From Lingula anatina (Eukaryota > Animalia > Brachiopoda), in contig CM120641.1 of NCBI GenBank assembly GCA_051362555.1, positions 13,392,001-13,456,000 on the forward strand: a stretch of 64,000 nucleotides of DNA, in the 5' to 3' direction. Position numbers and translations under genes: made by a program. Shown here in pieces: positions 24,501 through 36,400 of the stretch; within the stretch, counting starts at the first letter, position 1, and the number at the start of each line of letters is the position of its first letter. The notes below the pieces were generated by a model, which did no database searches, was not told the DNA's origin, and was given only the letters and a program-made list of their open reading frames with translations.

Positions 24501-27500
24501 GTTAAATAATGATCTCCCGCTGACGATCTTCCGCGAACGAAGTTCCCTAAATCCCTTGAAAAAACATAAAAATTGCATTTCATTCTTGCTTACATCGCAA
24601 ACGATCTGGCGATGATCATCTTACACGAACGATTCTCCGCCGAAGATATGCCGTGAGCGGGGAAGGGGGGGTTAAAGATAAAATGAAAAATTTATATTAT
24701 TTATAAAATTCAAAGGGAAGGGTTAGAATAATGATCTCCCGCTGACGATCTTTTGCAAACTATGTTCCTTGAGCTAATTTGAAAATTGCATTTCATTCTT
24801 GTTAACATCGCGAACGATCTCCCGATGATGAAATGAAAATTGCCTTTTCGTCTCGCTCGGATCGCGAACGATCTCCCTCTGACGATATTACGCGAACGAT
24901 TCTCCGCTGCATATATGCCGTGAGCGGGAGAAGGGGGGGTTAAAGATAAAATGAAAAATATATGTTATTTATAAAATTCAAAGGGGGAGGGGGGTTAAAA
25001 TAATGATCTCCTGCTGACGATCTTTCACGAACGAAGTTCCCTTGAACTAATATGAAAAGTGCATTTTATTCTCGCTTACATCGCGAACGATCTCCCGGTG
25101 AAGATATGAAGATTGCCTTTTCGTCTCTCTCGAATTGCAAACGATATCCTGCTGATGATCTTACGCGAACGGAGTCGGCTACAAATATGAAAATTATCTT
25201 CTCATCTCGTTTGGATCACGAACGATCTGTTGACGATATTACGCGAAAGATTCTCCGCTGAAGATATGAAAATTGCCATCTTGTCCCATTCGCATTGCGA
25301 ACGATCTCCATGTACGAGCCAGGTAATCGTAAAATGGTCCTAAATTGAACATGGACATGAATAGAAGTGACGGGTACATTTCCCTTCGAGATAATATCTT
25401 GATTTTTTCATTGTGTCTTCCTTATTTAGGACAGCCGCCGATAACAATAACGGCGTTACGAATGACAAAGCCGCGGCCTGTGACTTCTATTTGCCGGCTT
25501 GATAACGCACCTTGAGCCAGGTAATAGAAATGAGACAAAAGGCCGACGTTCCCGCAATTAAGAACGGGAATTCACATCTTAACCACCTATATTGTGAGTA
25601 ACCGCTCGCAGGGGCGCACTATTGTTCCTATCTCCCATTGAGAGTGTTATCGGCAATGATATCCTGATCGTATCATTGTCTTGAATCAACTGACGCATTA
25701 CCTTCATGTTTGAGCTGGACAACGCAGCCATATTTGGCGACGAACTTTTCAAAAATTATCGAGTACCTCATTTTTAAGGTCGACGAAGTTTTCAAAGGGA
25801 AAAAAATTACCTCGACGGAAAATCGTCTGCCGACGAAATTTTCAAGAACGACGAAATTTTCAAGATTTTACCGTAAAAATTAATGGTCATTATGTTATAT
25901 TGCATAAAAGTTGAAGAAAACCCTAATTTTGGAAATGGCTGCCGAATGACCATTAAGGAAAAACCATGTTACTTATGATACTCAAACTTACTGAAAAGTT
26001 TCGTAAGACTGATGTGCAGTTTGTGTTGGAAAATCAGTGTGATTGTTTTCTGTTTTGGAAGCAATGTAGCTCTATAGAGTGCTATATGGGGCTACTGTGT
26101 ATGGATGGTGGTAATTGCCCCTTGGGATAGTCACAAGCTAAATTCAGAGCTATAAAATCATTTGCCTAATTGATTTCCAAGTGCCCATTAAATAAGATTA
26201 CATAAAACACACGCTGAGACTTCCCAGTAAAGTCCCATAGGTTAAGCTCTCTTAACTGTGTCACATAATTAGGAATCTATGATAATTATGCAGGTAAATG
26301 TTGTTTAATATTGCAAATAAGTTAACAAAACAAAACAAAAAAATAGATGAATAACAGTGTCTTATTATCCTCAAACACATTGGGGTTATTCATATCATGT
26401 TATTACAGCAAGATTAAAAGTTTGAATAGCAGCTTTAATGGGATATTTTTGTGTTTTCTTTTTAATTTTTTTTTTTCAAACACTGGCATTTTCAGCTCCC
26501 ATCCACCTGAAGCTCTTCACATTTTCTGTATTTCCACATAAGCAGTTGCATTGGTTTTTATGTCTTTAAACATTATGTAATATTATTTTATGCACTGTCA
26601 TCATTATTTAGATATTGGGATTTTCATTATGTGAATTTGGTCCTGAAACTGTAATCTTATTGCAGGGTTGGATTGAGGCCATCTTCTGGGTCTTTCAGAT
26701 TTTAAAGTTCACATTGATGGGCATCTCTTTTTTCTGTTGGAAGACCATCAAAAATGTAGGATGGATCAACAAAGATAATTTGGAATACTGTCAGAAAATA
26801 TCTCTGGATCAGCTCCTGTTATTGACGATGTCACCTGTTGTGCATGATTAAATTTCAGCGTTGATTGACAGTGCTATTGTAGGCATCAAAATTGACAAAA
26901 TGAACCATTTTCTGCATTTTTATTTTGTGTTTTTGTCTGTACATTTGACAGCTTTGCTGCCTTGTTTACATTTATAGATCTGTGTTTCAAACTGTTACAA
27001 CGGAAAGCAGATGTAAATTTGGTAACAGACCTCGGAGATTCTGTGATGCATGCTGCAGTGTCTGGAAACAGTTGTGAACTGGTGAAGACATTTATTCAAG
27101 CAGGTAACATTTATTCATGTGGGTGATATTTGTTTGATGGCATGTGAAGGGACCCGTTTTACTATTTTCACATATCAACCAAATCTATTTGTCATTATGC
27201 AAATGAAAGAAATTTGATTTTTTTATTTATAAAGTTACAGATTTTTTTTGAGCATCTGCAGATTTCAGACTTTTTGGGAGCCAAAAATATAATTTTTGAG
27301 ATCAGTGCAGAGGGCCCCCATGCCATAATTTCAGACTTTTTCCAATGGCTCATCCCTGAAGTTATTGATGTTGGAAGAAATTTATAATACCAATATTTAA
27401 GAGCAACCATTCTGTCTTTTGCTTTTTGTCTTAGAAATTTAAGTACATCTGTGCCAATGAAAGGTATTTTGTGCAATCTTTTTTTTTGTATTTGAGGAAA

Positions 27501-29755
27501 AAAGTTTGCCATCTGTTGCCTTATTACGTTGAATGCAACAATATTTACCTACATTTGTATTGTTTACCTGCCAGGCTGCAGTGTGAATGTCACCAACAAC
27601 AGGAACATGCTACCTCTGTATACAGCTATCTCTCACAGGGCAGACATCAAGGTAACTTTGGCATTTCTTTTTGAGTTTTATTGATATTTTTAATTTAATT
27701 TATTTTAAAAATAATTGATTTTAAAAATGTTTAACAATGGATTGTAAATGAGGCAGGAGCAGGCAAAGGGAAAGCCATGTTTGAAAAGGTAGTTGAATTG
27801 TTGCATTGAGATAACAAGGTAATATTCCATCACCAGTAGTAGGGTGAGGGAGTGATAATGGTGCTGCACAAGTTGAGCTTAAACATATTTCAGATATTTT
27901 TTATATGATGCCTGATATTATGTTCGGGGGGAAGGACTGAAGTTTTAGAATTTCTTCAAACTTTAACAAGAAAAAAAGATTTGGATTTAAAACTTTTTTG
28001 TACCTGAATAAATTATTATCTACGACATCACCTTGTTTCAGATCATTGAGGCTTTACTGGCAGCTGGGAGTTCTCTGAATATCCAGGAGAGTGAACATAG
28101 GGAATCCCCTCTGTTTGCTGCTGCCAGACTGGATTACAAAGAGGCTTTCCAGGCTCTTCTGGATGCAGGTAAATTGTTTTTCTGAGATAGATGAGCCCAT
28201 AAATAGTAAAAGGAAACGCTATAGATAATAATACAACCTTAAAAAACAAAATACAAAAAAAAATTATTTTAAAACAGCTTTTCAAATAAGGATAAAACTG
28301 ACTATATTTTAAAGGATTGACTAATGAGTATTCATACAGATTTTTTTCTATAACATAGAAAATGTTTAAGGATTTGGCCAGTAAGCTTTCATACAAAAAA
28401 GGTTTTGCTTACGTTTTTATTTTAGCATTTCACAAGCCATCTGTTGTAAACTCTGAGCAATTTTAATCTAGGTTGTACTAATTTTACTTCATTTTTGCCA
28501 CAGAGAGAGATAGAGAGGGAGAAATAGCAGGAGTACTGCAACTATTGAATTAGAATATCATTGTAGTTGTTCCTTTGTCACTTGCTTGGGAAATAAACTG
28601 ACATTCTTACAAAAGAGCTTCCACAATTCTATTGAAATTACACAGCTCATGAAACTTCTTCAACACACCTATTAATGGCTTGCATAACATGTTCTTATCT
28701 CCAGGTGCTGATGTAAATCTGGTGAACAATGAAGGCACCACTGCACTGGGGGAGGCTGTGGACAGAGGTAATGCTAGGATAGCTGTGCAGTTACTTCATC
28801 ACCCAGGCTGTGATAAAGACGCAGGTTATGTGTTCACTCCACTTCACAATGCAGTGAAGAGAGGGTATGAGAAGATGACCACTACTCTACTGGAGGCAGG
28901 ATGTAACATTGACAATGTAAGCCACAGAGTGTAACATTGTTTAGTAAATGGACAACTTAGTTTGATATCATCGTATTAATTTAAGGGTTTTAAATAAAAA
29001 TGCTGAAAATATTTTTATGGCAAATATAACTCATTTGGTCTTTGTTGTTTTCAAACAAATTGGTCAAGAGTATAGTTACTGCAGTGGCTGTATGGTGATG
29101 ATTGTAGCAGCTGTACTTTCAAAAACTTCAGATGAAATCCTCTCCAGCTTTAGATTAATTGTAAATTCTCTTATAGGTCAATGGCAGTGGAATCACCCCT
29201 GTCCAAGTGGCTGTAGAAGAAGGGAACTTCCGTATCCTCCGCCTGCTTTTATGGTGGGGCTGCAATCTCAGAGCCTGTGAGAATATCTCTTATGTAATCA
29301 TGAAGTGTTGTATTCAACACCGTGACCGTCACCCCCATGCTGAACTCCAACCCATCTTTGTGATCTGCAAGTTTCAGGACGTGAGACTGATGAAACTCCT
29401 GCTCCAATGCTATCATCAGTTGCCATACAACCTCATCCATGCCGTCCATGATGTTTTGACCATAGGCTTCGGACCCAACAGCATGTTTAACCAAAGAGTC
29501 AACGAAGAAATGGTGCAGATCCTCAGGGATGCCATGACAGAGGCAAGGCCGCTCAAGGATCTCTGCCGCGGTGCCATTCGGAAAGCGTTGGGTGTGCGTC
29601 CTTTTAGTAAGATAGATGACCTTCCTGTGCCAAATTCTATGAAGAACTACATTCTTATGACTGAGGAGCTGGGGAAAGACCTACCTCAGGATGATGAAAT
29701 CATTGAAAGGGATGATATGTTTGAATCTTATGAAGTCCCCCCCACCGAGGAGTAA
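12588..29755 (+). CDS. Ankyrin repeat and SOCS box-containing protein (ASB-like, probable Cullin5-ElonginBC substrate receptor)
   Basis: Phase-consistent GT-AG coding exons: 12588-12621 (GCCATGG start), 13278-13871, 14185-14331, 18775-18888, 19719-19844, 26978-27103, 27575-27651, 28042-28168, 28705-28916, 29177-29755. Many ankyrin repeats (TPLLFAV, APIHAAV, TPLYQSA, SPLFAAA, TPLHNAV) and a C-terminal SOCS box PLKDLCRGAIRKALG...IDDLPVPNSMKNYI. Confidence 0.93.
14442..14767. mobile_element. TTAA-flanked MITE (Kolobok-like family 2)
   Basis: TTAA|AGGGATAA ... TTATCCCT|TTAA. The body matches 41898-42230 (shared CCATTTTGGTGGTAAAATG..TTATATTTCT). Confidence 0.75.
15138..15760 (+). repeat. 161-bp tandem repeat array inside HINE family A
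   Basis: GATAACAC unit starts at 15138, 15299, 15460 and 15621 (period 161). The same unit occurs at 20290-20900 and 22080-22980. Confidence 0.9.
16162..17170 (+). repeat. 337-bp tandem repeat array inside HINE family A
   Basis: GGCATTT unit starts at 16162, 16499 and 16836 (period 337). Homologous units at ~21313-21850 and ~23390-26050. Confidence 0.85.
17971..18207 (+). mobile_element. Small HINE-like element (family B) nested in family A copy 1
   Basis: TTTACCTC..CTCTGCCAAGGAGGTTA 5' end, 3' subTIR CCTTGGCAGAGGT, hairpin GCACT-CTCAA-AGTGC, terminal CTAGTT. The homologous site in family A at ~26440-26460 lacks it. Truncated copy at 21923-22073. Confidence 0.8.
23486..25873. mobile_element. 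2.39-kb non-autonomous TIR DNA transposon with TA target duplication (Tc1/mariner-type), nested in HINE family A
   Basis: TA|CGGTAAAGTCTTGAAAATTTCGTC ... GACGAAATTTTCAAGATTTTACCG|TA (23/24 TIR). Empty site TTTATTATTAAAAATTGATGGTCATT in a sister repeat unit at ~21727-21752. No transposase ORF. Confidence 0.9.
23940..25310. repeat. CpG-rich higher-order tandem array (5 units of ~220-300 bp built from CGCGAACGATCTCC-type subrepeats)
   Basis: CTCCCGCTGACGATC-like anchors at 23960, 24213, 24514, 24736 and 25008. Confidence 0.85.
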
Positions 29756-32700
29756 TTAGATCCTGAATCATTGATTTTCCCAATGAGTCATCCAGCAGTC
29801 ATTTGGTTGGCCATTTCCTCAAAGAATGGTTGAAATTTTTGAAACCAGCCAGATGACTTATGACAATTTGCAGATATGAAAGCCGGATTTGTTGGGACAG
29901 GTGAACAGCATGGAAAATTTTGGGAAAGTATTTTGATGTTGCCAGATTATTTGATTAATCAAGAAAAAACTGTTTTTGCAAACTAGCTAGATGTGCAGAC
30001 ACTGTCCAATTTTTATGTGCTTAAAAGCAGTAAAACCCACATATTCTCAACCAGTTGAACCAAGTACTGGACAGGTCTAGTTTCTAGTGCACTTGAGGTC
30101 ACCTGTAGCTTGGATATCCAATTAAGACTAGACTAAGATTCCAATCTCAATATCAGTGCCTCATTCTCCTGTGAATTTCAGACGATGTCATGCATTTTTT
30201 CTGATGATCCCAATTACAGCTAAGTGTGGCACATTTTGCCTTCAAATATACATTGTAGAACATCATGTGCGCAAATGTATGGTTTTTCGCCTTATTTCGC
30301 ATGAAAATTTTAACTTGTTTAATTTCTAATGTACCTATTTGTCTTACTTTGTTAGGGTCAATCAGTATGATCATGTATAGTGAACTTTTTTGGAAAAATG
30401 CATGCAACAGTCTTGTGTTTCAATAGTTCATAGATAGCCACAGGTTTAGGGATGCCATTGAACAACTATAATGGTTGACAATAATCATAGATTTATCTAT
30501 GAAATAATGTAAACTAAGACATACGCTTTACATTCAGTATTTTTTCACGGTCAAAAAGCTATGGAGTATTTATTTTTTGACTGATAAAAAGAAGAGCCTT
30601 ATCAGCAGCGTTTAGTAGTGCCTATGCCATTGAAGAGTAGCATTCCCAACGTATATTTTTCAATTTGATAAAATTATAAATGGGCAATGACAAAATTTAT
30701 AATTTACCTTGAATTATGAAGAAAATAACAAAGTTATTAAATTGTAAGATGATATGAAGCCCAAGTTGTTTATGATTAATAAAGGTAGCTTTTTGGCTAA
30801 CTTGGAAATTACAAATGGCAGCATTAGCTTTTGAGGGGTTCAAATTAGGAAACTTACAAGTATGCATGCAATTGTTTCTGTCCATTCCAATTTGCAATTG
30901 AAATGAGCTTCAAAGGTGCTTGTTTTATGTAAGCAATTTGTATTTTACACTTTTGTAAAGCTGTTTTTCAGACAAGTGATACTAATTGGGTACAGAATGC
31001 TTAGTTGCAATTTAGTATGAAATGAATGTGATAGTTCTGTGTGTTTTAGTATTTCGTAGTAAAAGGGCAATGACAGTTGTCTTTTATATACAGATGAAAG
31101 GATGTGTACTACTAAGTCTCTAGCAATTGCCAAATGTTTTTACATTACCATTTACAAAAGTACCGTATTTACTTAACCAGATAAACCAGTCCTTGGCTGT
31201 TCTGTTCAGTGTTTCACATGAAGTATGACCTTAGCCATAATTTTTTCTTTTCAGCTGAATTAAATAAATGTTACTTGTAAAGCCGCTTTTCTTGCTAAGT
31301 AGCTTGCTATAATTTAAAAACTTTTCAGTCAGTTATTTGCAGAAATTGCTAACTCAAAATTTAACGTTTAAGCATTGTTCCCAAGAAGAAAAGAATAAAG
31401 AAATGTGATAATGAAAATCACATCTACTATGTCATTATGGGAAAGTACTATTACTTTTTTAAGCCTTCAAGATGTCCAATTGCTTACTAAATAACTACTA
31501 CGTTCCTGAACATGTGGCATGTTTATGATATATTTGTCTTTATGAATGAGAGAGAACCTACCAGAGGGTGATCACTGACTAATTACAATCTAACAACTAA
31601 TGTTTCAATGCAGTGCCATTATTTAATAGAGAAAAAATTAGAATACTTTTAATTCAATTTTGCTTCTGCAATTATTTTTAAGAAAAATTCTGAGATTTAT
31701 TGCAATTATAAATATGAACATATGTAAAACAGTCTTACATATTAAAATATAACAAAAATTGAATCTAGATTCCTCAATGTTTTCATGTTGGCGGTTTACC
31801 AAAAGTTCCCATCTCTATAACACGTTCTACATGCAGCATATCCTTATGAACACAGCACCAATAGGCCAATAACACTCAAGTACTCTAGGTTGTCTAAGAC
31901 TGGATTAAAATTAACAATAAGGTAATTTTAATTCTTTATTTGACATTTCTCATGTCTACTTTACAGAAAGTACAAGTAACATTGCACTATGTATAAAAAA
32001 TGACTGAAATAAACAATCTGTCCACAATAAATTATAAATATTGCAATAAATTAGGTTTTGTTTCGACAGATTGTAGTACTAAAATTATAAACTCCTGGTT
32101 TTAAAAAAATCTAAGTACTGTGAACACAAACTACATTATCTTGTGTCACTCCTCTAACATGTTGCATGTTTAATACACAACACAATATCTGTGTTGCTTG
32201 TGAACTGAATGAACTAATGAAAGATGTGAGTTAAGTACAAACTTATAGCTCACATTAAATCCCTGCACGCTCAGAAGGCTATGCTAAAAACTAAGGTATG
32301 CAACTATAATTGCACACGCAGATGATTAGCTCTATTATAAGAACAAAAGAAGAACTGTACATTTCAATGCCTATGCAAAGGGCCAGTCCATTTATTGCTT
32401 AATAAGCATATTTTTTTAAAAATCCTTTGACTTTTTGTTTTTCATAATGGAACCTTCTACTGAGTGCTTCAATCTACTTATGTATGTTAATACTGATGAA
32501 TATGTCCTTGTCCTTTTTCAAATCTAATGCTGTTCACCATACTGAGAGGTTCTCAATCTATTATATCAAACATAGCATAATCTGGTTCCGTACATACCAT
32601 TTTCTTTATTCAGCTTTTTAAAAAAGTATACATCTACAAAAGAACGTTTATGGTCAAAGAAGCCCAGAGGAAAGCACCTGATTCAGGTAGTTACAATGCA

Positions 32701-33408
32701 ATTGAAAACATTCAATGATTTCTTGAAATATTTCATGCTCTGGTCAAACCCATATATACACCAGAGATAAATATACAAGCAAAGTGAAACAAATATTTTG
32801 TATGTGCACCATACTCCATGCATTCTCAATAGAATGAAAACAACTATTTCCATTCAACTAAGAGATAATTGTTTTTGCTCAAGTGTAAATGATGAGTTAA
32901 TTTTCCAAAGGCATTCTTAATTATAGCCCTGTTAATGATAGTAATTGGGAATCAAACACTATGATGACAATAATCTGGAGGGTAAAATGAGAGACTTGAA
33001 ATATCCGTCTTTATAGTCATACTTTGGTTAATTGGTCGTCGCATTAAATACACTACTTAATCGACACGAGAATGGTAAAAGATATGATAAAATAATCGTT
33101 TTAAGGACATGGTGCCAACCAATCCCTTATATCGTACACAACATGTATTCTAGCTTACACACGTGCAATATATTTATAAATACTTCACAAACTTACAATG
33201 TGTTCCTCCTCAATTCTGAATGACTGCATAATTTAATGTCAAATGGAATGAAGTGTGAAAAGAAACGAGGTTTTAAATGGTATCTAAGCCTCCATCCATA
33301 AAATATCTGAGGAACACCTGAGAACTCTTCAGGAAAAATTATCTTGCATCTTCTCAGCATTCATCCGTGTTGTGTCAAACACTCATTGGCACACATGTCC
33401 TCACATAA

Positions 33409-36400
33409 TCACGCAATCTGTTGAAGGTGTTCAATTCCAATCCATCCACTATGGGATAAAAAGTTCATGATTTTTCGCCTGTGTGTTTTGTCAAAGCCAC
33501 TAGGATAGCGAATCTTCACTGGGACTCCTTGCCTCCTTTGCAAGTAGTCCTAAACAAGTTAAAATATTGATACAAATATCAATCAGATGGAATTTTAAAA
33601 ATTTTAGAAAATATTCCAAATATCTTGAACCATATCATTTCACTCCAGTCTTGCATGTCTTGCATGTTTATCTAAAGAGGGAAGTTTTGATGAAAATATT
33701 AAATCAATATAATATCAAACTTAAATTTCCCTCTACAAACTACCAACACTTCACTTACCTTTATAATGCAGGTTTTGATTGTGACATAATTGCCTGGTTT
33801 CATACCAATGGAATTGCACAGCTAAAAAAAATCATAAACAGTGGCAATATAACAAGGCAGCAAAACTGTTAAAACAAACATATCACAAACAATGGCAAAA
33901 TAACAAGGCACCAAAACTTTAACAGTGACATTTGAGACGAGCATGAATTCCCTAGAACTCAAGTAAACCACTTCTACTAGTTTCTTAGAGAGATGAAACG
34001 ATGCCCTTGGGAAAAATATGCTATTTGAAACAATATAATGGCATTTGGTGGGGTTTCATAGCAAAATTTGACTTCAAATGCATCTTAAAACGTACAGGCC
34101 AATATGTTTGAATACCAGGAAGTATCAAGTGAAACATTGCCAAATATTATGTTAATTTAAGGAAATTATATGCAGCATTAATAAATGCAAAGGAGAATGA
34201 TTTAATTTCTTTTTTTTTATTTTATCATATGACCTCTTGAGATACTTTTAAGTGTCTGTAATTAAATTCAATAACCAATGGCCTATGAAAAAATTCCTAA
34301 ATGTACAAGACAGTCAGAAAATATATTTGTTTTTGGTCAATCACACAATTTAGCATTGTAACAAGAAGGCTATATTTTACTACTTATTTTAAAGGTCACA
34401 GATGAACACTTCATTCCTCCTCAAAGATTCTGAGCTTTCAAACATTAAATATCGAGTGGTACTAGATCACTGCTACATCATACATCTTTAAACTTGGAAA
34501 TATTATACATGTTCATGAACAAAGTCTTTTATGCAACAACTGCAACATTTAACACAGGAAACTTTATTTTAATTAGAGGAGTGACATAATATTTCACTTA
34601 CTTTCATTTCCCTCTCTGTGAGCAGTTCATAACCAGGCATCACGGAGATGTCTGCAGATTTTGTCTCCCCTTCTAGTTTACCTAGATGTAAAAATTAGAG
34701 ATCCTGTATTGAACACTTTCTACCTGGGAAGTAACACTAAATAATCTACACCTAGAGGCTTTATAAAAATTTATGAAGATTTAATTATTTTCCAAATATC
34801 TGTGTGCTTTTAGCTATTTTTAACATTTATAAAAACTTACTAGCTTTGTCATGAATTGTCATTATCATTTTGTTTATAATACCACAGACTTGCCTAGAGA
34901 TTTCTTCATCATAACAGATTACTTAGAAAAAGGATGCATTTTCATATAAGAAGTAAACCATACAAACCTACGTCACCTCTTTCCACGTTTAGGAGTAAAC
35001 CGAGATTTTCCCTGCAAATAAAAAATAAATCAGGCTTACACAATATTTGTCAATGGGGTAGACTAATAAAACTGTTTATTTATTTATTTATTTGAATAAC
35101 TACCAGCTTTACTTTGTATTAAGATCTAAAATATATTCATACCACATATAGTATCTAGAATATTTCACAGTACATATTAAGTTTAAGTGTACTTACTCTG
35201 CCTTTTTTGAAACCATTGATGTTCGCTTTGGCGTGTTTGAGCTGCTCTAAAAAGGGATAAAAGAATAAAAAGGGTGTGTCTATCATGGAAAATGCAATGT
35301 ATTCACATTTTATATGATGAGTATGCAATGCTACAAGGAAATATCAAATAAAATCCTTCAGGGAAGAGCGACATTTAAGGAAGAAACTGCCCAGGCCAAT
35401 GACATTTTTGGCACCCCAAAAGTCAGAAAAATCTCTTCCTTGGTCCTATCAAATATATAATAACTATCAACATATAAAATTTCATGTACTTGCCATTTTC
35501 TTCTTATTTTCCTTTTTCTTTTCTCTTCTATACCTCTCTTCATCAAACTCTTCACATTCTACATAAGAAAACGAGACTTTCCTTCCATACTTGTATAACT
35601 AATGAACCACACAACTACTTAAAGTCTGCACAGTACAGATATACTGTTTCATAGAGATATATGTAACTGTGTCAACCAAACTTTCTGACATAAAAACTAT
35701 TTTACTTTCCTTGTGACAGGGTAAGGTTAGAGTCAACACCCACCTGATAACTTAGTAATGCCATTCTTCCTATACCTCATCAGCTCTTTTATTCTAGATT
35801 TAATTTGTTTTTCTTCTGCAAGAAAAAATAGCAAAAATAACACATTAACAATGGATTTTTATTTGTAATCAATAATGATATTGTAGAAAAAAATCTTGTT
35901 GCGTATCTTGATTTGTTAGTACTAAACATCATTTACAATTATAAGTTTCACTTAAGCAGTCTTGGTACCAAAGAGAGATCTCCATTAAACAATGCATTAA
36001 TATCTTACCTTATATCATCAGGTAACCCCTGAGCACTTTCTACCTACTTACTACAGTCCTGTGAGAAATGCTGAACCAAGTTTCCCTTTAATGGAATTGA
36101 AAACTAAACTTGGATGACGATTCACAAAGCTTTCCAAAGGATAAGAAATCATTTCTGTTCCTCTTCTTATTTTGGTTTTTATAAAGAGGCATATACCTCA
36201 TTTTTCTTTTGTTTCCACATTTTCTATACTTACTTTTTAAATTTTCAAAAAACTGTTCATGTTCCACTGATGTATGGAATTGAGCAAATATTCTCATTTT
36301 GTCCCTGAACTCTCTGTCCTCTTTTGAATATTTTTTCTTTTCCTTAGTCTGAGATTTTTGTTTGGAAGTTAATGCAGCTTGTGTTGTTATGAGTCCATAT

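Larger units (their letters stand above)
20185..26967 (+). mobile_element. HINE-like family A copy 2 (composite of two partial copies, with a nested TIR element)
   Basis: Same 5' palindrome (20190-20219) and microsatellite, 161-bp and 337-bp arrays. The 161-bp array restarts at ~22075. Identical 3' end TTTTTGTCTGTACATTTGACAGCTTTGCTGCCTTGTTT ends at 26967. Confidence 0.85.

Noticed and set aside
25052-25261. 69-aa ORF with internal repeats inside the TA-flanked transposon
   Set aside because: Reflects the DNA subrepeats; neighbouring units are interrupted by stops and G-runs, and there are no transposase motifs.
29756-33408. Gap between the convergent ASB and TADA2B stop codons as a hidden gene
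   Set aside because: AT-rich with AATAAA on both strands and no exon-like signals; best explained as two 3' UTRs.
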